Below are positions 1-64,000 of a DNA stretch of 64,000 bases, piece after piece. Source of the DNA: Phoronis australis (Eukaryota; Animalia; Phoronida); NCBI GenBank assembly GCA_002633005.1, contig NMRA01000800.1, positions 77,080 to 141,079 of the forward strand, in the 5' to 3' direction. Under the pieces are notes generated by a model. That model searched no databases and was not told where the DNA came from. It saw only the letters and a program-made list of their open reading frames with translations. The position numbers were made by a program, and so were the translations under genes. Position 1 is the stretch's first letter, and every line of letters starts with the position of its first letter.

Positions 1-127
1 CAGTGTATGCTGACAGAAAGCTGTTGTGAAACAACTACTCGATTTTTATGCTATGGTCACATGTTAGGGGAATCTTTACTTAGAAACGCAAATACATTAT
101 TCAAATCATTGTTACTGTACAACCTTT

Positions 128-3100
128 ATAATAATAAACGTTATTTAAAGAGGATAAAAATACAATAAATGTGAAACATGCTTTAGCCAAAGGCTAATAT
201 CCAGCATGGTCCTCTGCAGCAAGAAATTAAATTAATCAAATTAAGTTAGATAAACAGATTAAACAGATTAAAGATACATTAAGATACATTAAATAAAATA
301 AAATAGTACTTACGAATTGGATAAACAAATTGACTTAAAGATAAATAAATAAATTAAAATTTTTGGTAAATATATTGAAAGACAAGAAGGAGGGACATCT
401 ATGACGACCACACGTGACTGATGAGGTGGTGTCTGAAATTATCATAACAATCAGTATCCTTAAGATTATTTAGGCAAATTGTTCCACTGTTTGATGGTCT
501 GAATAAAGAAGGACTTAGAATAAAACTATGTTCTGTGTCTGGGCAAAACCAAATTGTTTGAGGCAGAAAATCTTGTCCTGATCCGGTGGCTATTTCGAAC
601 AAGTACGAGATTATGAGATAGATAAGTAGGTACATTACCGTGAAAGCACCTATGCATCATACACAGACGCCTTTATATGAAATATTTGTCAATAGGGAGC
701 CACCCGAGTCTGTTAAACATATGAGTTGACGGAGTGTCAAAAGGCACACCTAGAACAAGCCTGGGCGCCTGCTTTTGAGCCTTCAATAAAGAGGAAATAA
801 TTTTGGATTGCATCCTGACCACACTGAACTACAATAAATAAACAGAGGGGATACACAAGCGCTGAAATATTGCAGACGCCCTTCTGTGGGAAGAAATGGT
901 GATATACGCCGGAGAAGACCAAGGCGCTGCCTAATTTTGAACACAGTCCCATTTATATGGCTAGACCAGCTGAGGGTCTTGTCTACAGTAACACCTAATA
1001 ATTTTTCAATGTCAACATATTTGAGGCGTACATTGGAAATAGCAAGGTTAAGCTCCAGATTACTTCTCCTATGCCTTTGCTCTGTGGAAATACTCGTACA
1101 TTTTGTTTTTTCAGCATTAATTACCCTTTTATTATCAGTACACCTGGTAGCAACCTTATCCAGATCAGACTGGAGTCTGTCCTTTACAGCGATCAGCGAG
1201 TTTGCCACAACAGACAAAGTAGTATCATCTGCATACATGTCAACCGTGTTTTCGCAGACTAAAGGGAGATCATTTATAAAAAGTAAAAACAGCAGAGGTC
1301 CCAGGATGGATCCCTGGGGCACACCGTGTGTGATACCTCGGGACTCAGACAGATGTCCGCCAAGGGATACAACCTGGCACCTCTCTGAGAGATATGATTT
1401 AAACCAGTCTAGGGAGACCTTGCCCACCTTGTAAACTGACAATTTGCTCAGAAGTATATTGTGATCAACGAGATCAAAGGCTTTTTTAAAATCCAAAAAT
1501 ACTACACCAACGTTGTGACCACTATCTACACCCTGAGCCCAGCCGTTAGCAATATTAATGAGGGAAGTTTCACAGGAGTGGTCACTTCTGAAACTGGACT
1601 GAGATGCAACTACTAAATCATGCTCAGTCAAAAATGAATAAAAGGTATTGCGAACATGCTTTTCCAACAATTTAGACAAGACCGGTAAAATTGGAATTGG
1701 TCTGTAATTGTTTACATTGTCAATAGCACCGCTTTTGTGTAAAGGGGATACTTTTGCAAGTTTCCACAAACTAGGAAACTTGGAAGTTTTAATGCTATGG
1801 TTTAAAAGATAGGTGATGGAAGGTGTCAGCTCCTCATGAGCAAGTTTCAAAACTGACACCATCCATTCCAGTGGCTTTATTAAGATTAAGACCATTTAAG
1901 AACTTATTTACAAATTCCATATTTACCAGAGGAATAGCATAACCAATGTCACTTTCAACACTGGAACTAACAAAGTCAATCAAATCTTTATGAGTGGCGT
2001 GTGTATCTTTAAGATCACGAGTAAGTTTGCTAGCTATGTCAGTAAAAAAATTGTTAAAATTATTGGCAATCTGAAATTTATCATGAACACACTTCTCATC
2101 AATCTTTAACATGGCAGGTGATGAAGATTTTTCTTTAGGAGCAACTTGTCTGATGACTTTCCATAACACTTTGGAATTTTTGAGATTACTACTGATCAGT
2201 GAAGAGTAACAGTCACTCTTAGCCTTTTTAATCGTTGTTACGACACGATTTTGCTCTGATTTGTAGCTCTCATAATTCCCGCACTTACGTAAACTGTCCC
2301 TGAGCTTTATAGCTTCAAAAATGTCATCACTGAACTATTCAGGCTGACGTAATCTCTTCACACGTCTAGTTTTCCATGGAGCATGTTCGTCTAAAATACT
2401 GTTAAATAACTTGTACTATACATCAAGAGCATCATCAATGTCATCATAGGCTTCGATGACTGACCAGGGAGCAAGAGCGAGATCCGATTTGAAGGCCTGG
2501 TCATCAAAGTTTTTAAACGATTTATGGTGAAATTTGGTATCAAAATGCCTTTTCCTGGCTATGCATACAGGGTAGTGATCAATTAACCCATTTTTACCAC
2601 TTTTACTGATCTCACAAACTCCGGAGCAGAAACATAAACATGATCAATCAGTGAGGCAGAGTCTGACACACGTGTAGGCTCCGTTACCACCTGATGGAGA
2701 TTCAAACCTTGAATCACATCTTTGAGGAGTTTTGAAATTTCAACGTTCCAATCAACATTAAGATCACCAGCGATAACCACCCCATAGCCACACCTGATAA
2801 CCACAGACTCAAAGCTTTCAAGCCAATTTGTCTGAACAGGGGGTCTGTAGAAATTGAGTCTGAGAACAATTAAAGGACTGACATCCTTAAAATTCGGTTG
2901 AACACGCAGAAGTTCCAAATCGTTTAACTCTAAGTCGTGTCTTCTAATGTAGGCAAGGCTGCTTCTGACATACGTGCATTGCCACCATAACGAGTACCGT
3001 TTTGTCTGTCTAGGCGTTCCACATTGTAACCACAGATTCCAATTTCTTCGTTTGCAATGTCGCAAGATAGCCAAGTCTCTTGGAGACGGATAACATCCAG

Positions 3101-3530
3101 GGACCAGTTGTTTATATTAACAGCAACTTCCGGTAATTGATCATAAAGACTTCTAACATTCCACGAGCATAGTTTCAGACCACTGGGTAGTGGAAGATTC
3201 AGGTTTGGGCCAGACGTGATGTACACGCTGGTCACGACTAATACAAGAAAAGGCAGTGTATCTTCAAAAGCCATTAAAGTCATAAAACGGTCCCACAAGC
3301 ACAGGCAGACGCCATATTGGATAAAAACGAGTGGGTGTTGACCGCAACTTAAACTGGACTAACAAGCCAGAAATAATCAAAATGAGATCCATATGAACAG
3401 ATGAGATACCTTCTGAAGTCGTGAGAATTATTGTATCGTCTCAAATGTGCTGTATAGGTCCCTTGAAAACTTCATAAATTATTAAAAATCAGCAGCTCCG
3501 ATCCAGTCGAACTTGTCTGTGCGCCACCTG
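128..3530 (-). mobile_element. Degenerate L2/CR1-group LINE (endonuclease + reverse transcriptase)
   Basis: APE-type endonuclease fragments (CSWNVRSL, LQETWL, IAGDLN, LIDHVYV) at 2583-3298. RT at 783-1895 (NYRPI, FLDFKKAFD, GVPQGSILGP, YADD). The 3' end has a stem-loop (TTAGCCTTTGGCTAA) and a TTA-rich tail near 128-200. Frameshifts and stops separate the ORF pieces. Confidence 0.9.
783..1895 (-). pseudogene. LINE ORF2 reverse transcriptase domain (frameshifted remnant)
   Basis: Canonical non-LTR RT motifs PQGSILGPLLF and MYADD; the flanking parts of ORF2 are in other frames. Confidence 0.9.
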
Positions 3531-5985
3531 TTGTCCTTGACGGTCTGTGAAAGGGGAACCCGACTTCGCGGCTCCCGACAAGTAAGTAGATTTACAGTTT
3601 CGTGGCTAATTCACATAAATAATTACGTGCACATTATTTCTTTGGCCCACTATTATAGTCTTTTTGTGACTGGAGGTTTAGTTTCCAAATCAAGCTGGTT
3701 TATTTTCGTGCCAGTCCCGGCGGCCGCGACGGGCCTGATCGGGTTCGGAGCCTCTGGCCAGGATAACGAGTCAGTCCGGCCGCGACGGGCCTGATCAGGT
3801 TCCGAGCCACAGGCCGGGATAACAAGATTTTTTTGTGTTTAGAACTCAAAAATCACAAGTATAAACAACACTGATCTAGGTTCTTCTGTCTGTATTTCAC
3901 GGAAGAATACTTCGAATTTATCCCCGAACAGACCCCAAACTCCTGCTACGGACCTTGGTAGATTGGCCTGCCGAACTTTGTAGGCTACGGTGTTTTCAAA
4001 TACCAATAAATCTGTAACAACGAAATAAAGCAACACATCTTTATAAGAACTCGGTGTATTTTTAAGAGTTTTATATCGAAGGTTGATGATCTATTGGTGA
4101 TGAATTCAAGCGATAAGCTGACACCAGTTACCCGTGTTGTGATCTGCTGAATAGACTGCGTGTGAAACCAAAGACGTAATTGGATAATTTCAACACCTCC
4201 TTCTGCCGTCAGGTGTCAGGTAACGCAACCGAATGTGCCGTTATCGAGTAGAACTACTCGAGCTAAATTGATACGAAATAGGTTGTTTTTGGGGTGGCAT
4301 TCTCCTTAAAGGGCTTAACAAAAACAATACTGTCTTCCTGGCTCAATGACAAAAATTCGAATATTAGAGTTGCGCTACCCCTACTACATACAAGTAATCC
4401 GGAAGTACTAAATCTGTTAAAAAAGCAAGCCTGTAGATTAATGAGTGATATATGTTATTAATTCGTTATATGATGATAAAACCGATCTCACGGAATAAAT
4501 GGATTGATGAGGTGAGTAATAAATTAAATATAAGTTCAGAAACAGTGGACTTAATTTTTTTTTTCTATATGTTAAATTGAGATAGTTCCAGTATCGAACA
4601 GATCACAGAATATTAGGTACAAATTCGTATCTTTATAAAATAGGAGTCTCGGAGTTTTCTGGTTTTACATTTTGTAATCGAGCCTGGAAAATTTGATGCA
4701 ATTATTTGTGCATTGTAGCTAACCCAGAACCTTCTGAGAAGATGTTTTTCAATTTAACTTCAGAGATAGCGATGAAACAATAATGAATGCTACATGCAAT
4801 GTTCTTTATATAATTTAGAGATATTCACGTACATACTTAATTTCACCGTCAAAGATTTGGGGGGCGCTTTACCAGCCATAAATGCTTTTATGAATATTTT
4901 AAAACAGTATTATCTCACAGAAAAATAATTCAAAGAAACAGGGAGTTTGATATATTTAAAAATAGGCTAAAATTTGTTCACTTTATTGAATATAAAGCGA
5001 CCATTGAGTGAGTGCCTGCGTGTATGTGTCCATTGTGATCACATTTTAGTGTTTCTAATTGATAATAAATGTATAAAAATCTACTCAAGGAGACCCCAGT
5101 AGTGTCTCAGCAGATGAGAAACAAATAAAGGATTCTCATGATGTTGTGTTCGCAGCCTTTGATAGTACTTAGGTTATTTCGGGCCGGGTCATTGCCTGAT
5201 GTGCAGATTTCTGAACAACAAACAATTGATATGTTACCCGATTCTGGTTGCGTCTGAATCATTGTTATGGTTAAACTTCTTTATAGGTCCCAGACTACTG
5301 CTAACAGTGGCGGATTTAAGGGGGGGGGGCATGCCCCTCTCTAATTTTTTCCAGATTCCATTTGGCAGTGCGGGGGTGCTAATTTCTGAAGGGCAAAATC
5401 CTGGCTAATACTCTGCCCTGACCCCCTAACTCAATCCGCTCCCACCTGGGTGAAGGTCGCTAAAGTTACTGGATTTACCACGTATATCTTATCAAAAAGA
5501 AGGTGATATTGTGGTTAGATCACCTTATTCTGTTGGCACCGTTGGAGCTGTGTGTGTTCACATTCCAATGAGCGACCAGTTACTTGGTAATGTAGATGGA
5601 GCAAGGGCCTAGGTAATGCTAAATCTTATATGGGTCGACGGTGTCCGTTGGAATTACGACTAGGTGTCAGGCCATGTATTGACGAGTGTTTTAGTGGTTA
5701 TAAGTGTAATTTTTTTAATTTCATGTTTTATGTACCATGACCCACTGCAGAGCTCCGCATGTGTTTGGTACCAGTGATACTAGCCCTACATACGTGATTA
5801 GTAAAGTGGCCGATCTGAAATATAAACATAAGCCCGACACATAGATATGCACGGGTACGAAGTATTAGCTTGCTGAGTCATTAATCAACTCGTGATGGAG
5901 AGCGAACGTATTCTGGCACATAACTGCTGGCAAATACAATTCGTAAGGTTTTTATTGCAAAACTATATTTGTTTTTACCCAACAG

Positions 5986-63353
<57,368 letters not shown>

Positions 63354-64000
63354 GTACGTAAGTGAACGCGCGCGAGGCGGAGGAATGTGAAGATAGCGTG
63401 GAGTGGGAGATTTAAGGAAAGAGATGGAGTTTGAAGATGGGGAGAACGCATGGGTGGTGCCAACAAAGAGATAGGAATTCAGTTTACTTTTCAAAACGAT
63501 CAAAACAAATGATTGTAGGGATACACAGAGTACCGCGAGCACCTGCTACTCAAACCTCAATGTCAGCCCAACTAAAACAACGTGCTCTGTGGTATTCATT
63601 CACTGGAACATTTCTAATGGGAGGCTCTTGAGATGATATGGTGGCTGATCACGTTGGATCGCCAACTCTTATCGCAATCTAGGTGTACTAGGAGGTACTA
63701 CCTCCCCACATGAGCGTGTGGCATTGCGAAACATGTTCGACTTCGTGAAAAGTGTATATGATAAGACGTGATGCGTTTTAAACAAAAGTAAAATTGCCAT
63801 CAAGAGGCCACTAGTAGCCAATTAATGTCACGTGATCAGTCGCTACGTTGCTACTGTCTTCAAAGTCAGGTCTCCCATTGTCAATCCCCATCTGCGGCTC
63901 ACCCGGGAACTCGGATTTGCTAGCAGTCAAAACCAATAAACACGTTTGAAGTACTGAACATGAAGTATTTTTTACGAAAACATGTTCACAGAAGTTGTGA

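Larger units (their letters stand above)
1..4306. mobile_element. Kolobok-like non-autonomous DNA transposon, copy 1 (cut by the window start, interrupted by a LINE)
   Basis: Segments 1-127 and about 3531-4306 are the reverse complement of the host segments of the 23488-35666 element. It ends in the TIR GGGTGGCATTCTCCT next to a TTAA-like site. Confidence 0.7.

Noticed and set aside
3200-3250. Possible 2A-like (DxExNPGP) motif at the LINE ORF start
   Set aside because: The sequence reads VTSVYITSGP, too degenerate to support.

Overview
Intron-rich eukaryotic (animal, probably marine invertebrate) genomic DNA, not prokaryotic. One long + strand gene runs through the whole window. I can assemble 11 GT-AG exons (5986-6102, 11358-11570, 19769-19990, 21608-21817, 38397-38609, 39639-39836, 44692-44857, 46723-46910, 49495-49639, 55100-55296, 63108-63353) into an uninterrupted 2115-nt (705-codon) frame. 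It encodes an extracellular mosaic protein: LDLa - FTP(N half) - Kringle - FTP(C half) - FTP - SRCR - SRCR - Kringle. I found no start or stop exon, so these probably lie outside the window. The most unusual point is that a complete kringle exon lies between the two halves of the first F-type lectin (FTP) domain, at the loop that normally binds fucose, and this FTP lacks the binding arginines. The introns are mostly decayed transposable elements: an L2/CR1-type LINE, IS3EU, two Gypsy elements (one with Gmr1-type INT-before-RT order), Academ, Hero and RTEX fragments, Kolobok-like elements, Helentron-associated (HINE-like) repeats, three ISL2EU (THAP+YqaJ) copies, 5-bp-TSD hAT-like MITEs carrying a tRNA-like segment, and a probable Polinton terminus. 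Positions 23.5-35.7 kb form a four-level nested, roughly inverted TE structure. Positions 56.9-59.0 kb look like an alternative haplotype placed inside an assembly gap. All calls come from reading the sequence by eye; no database searches were run.
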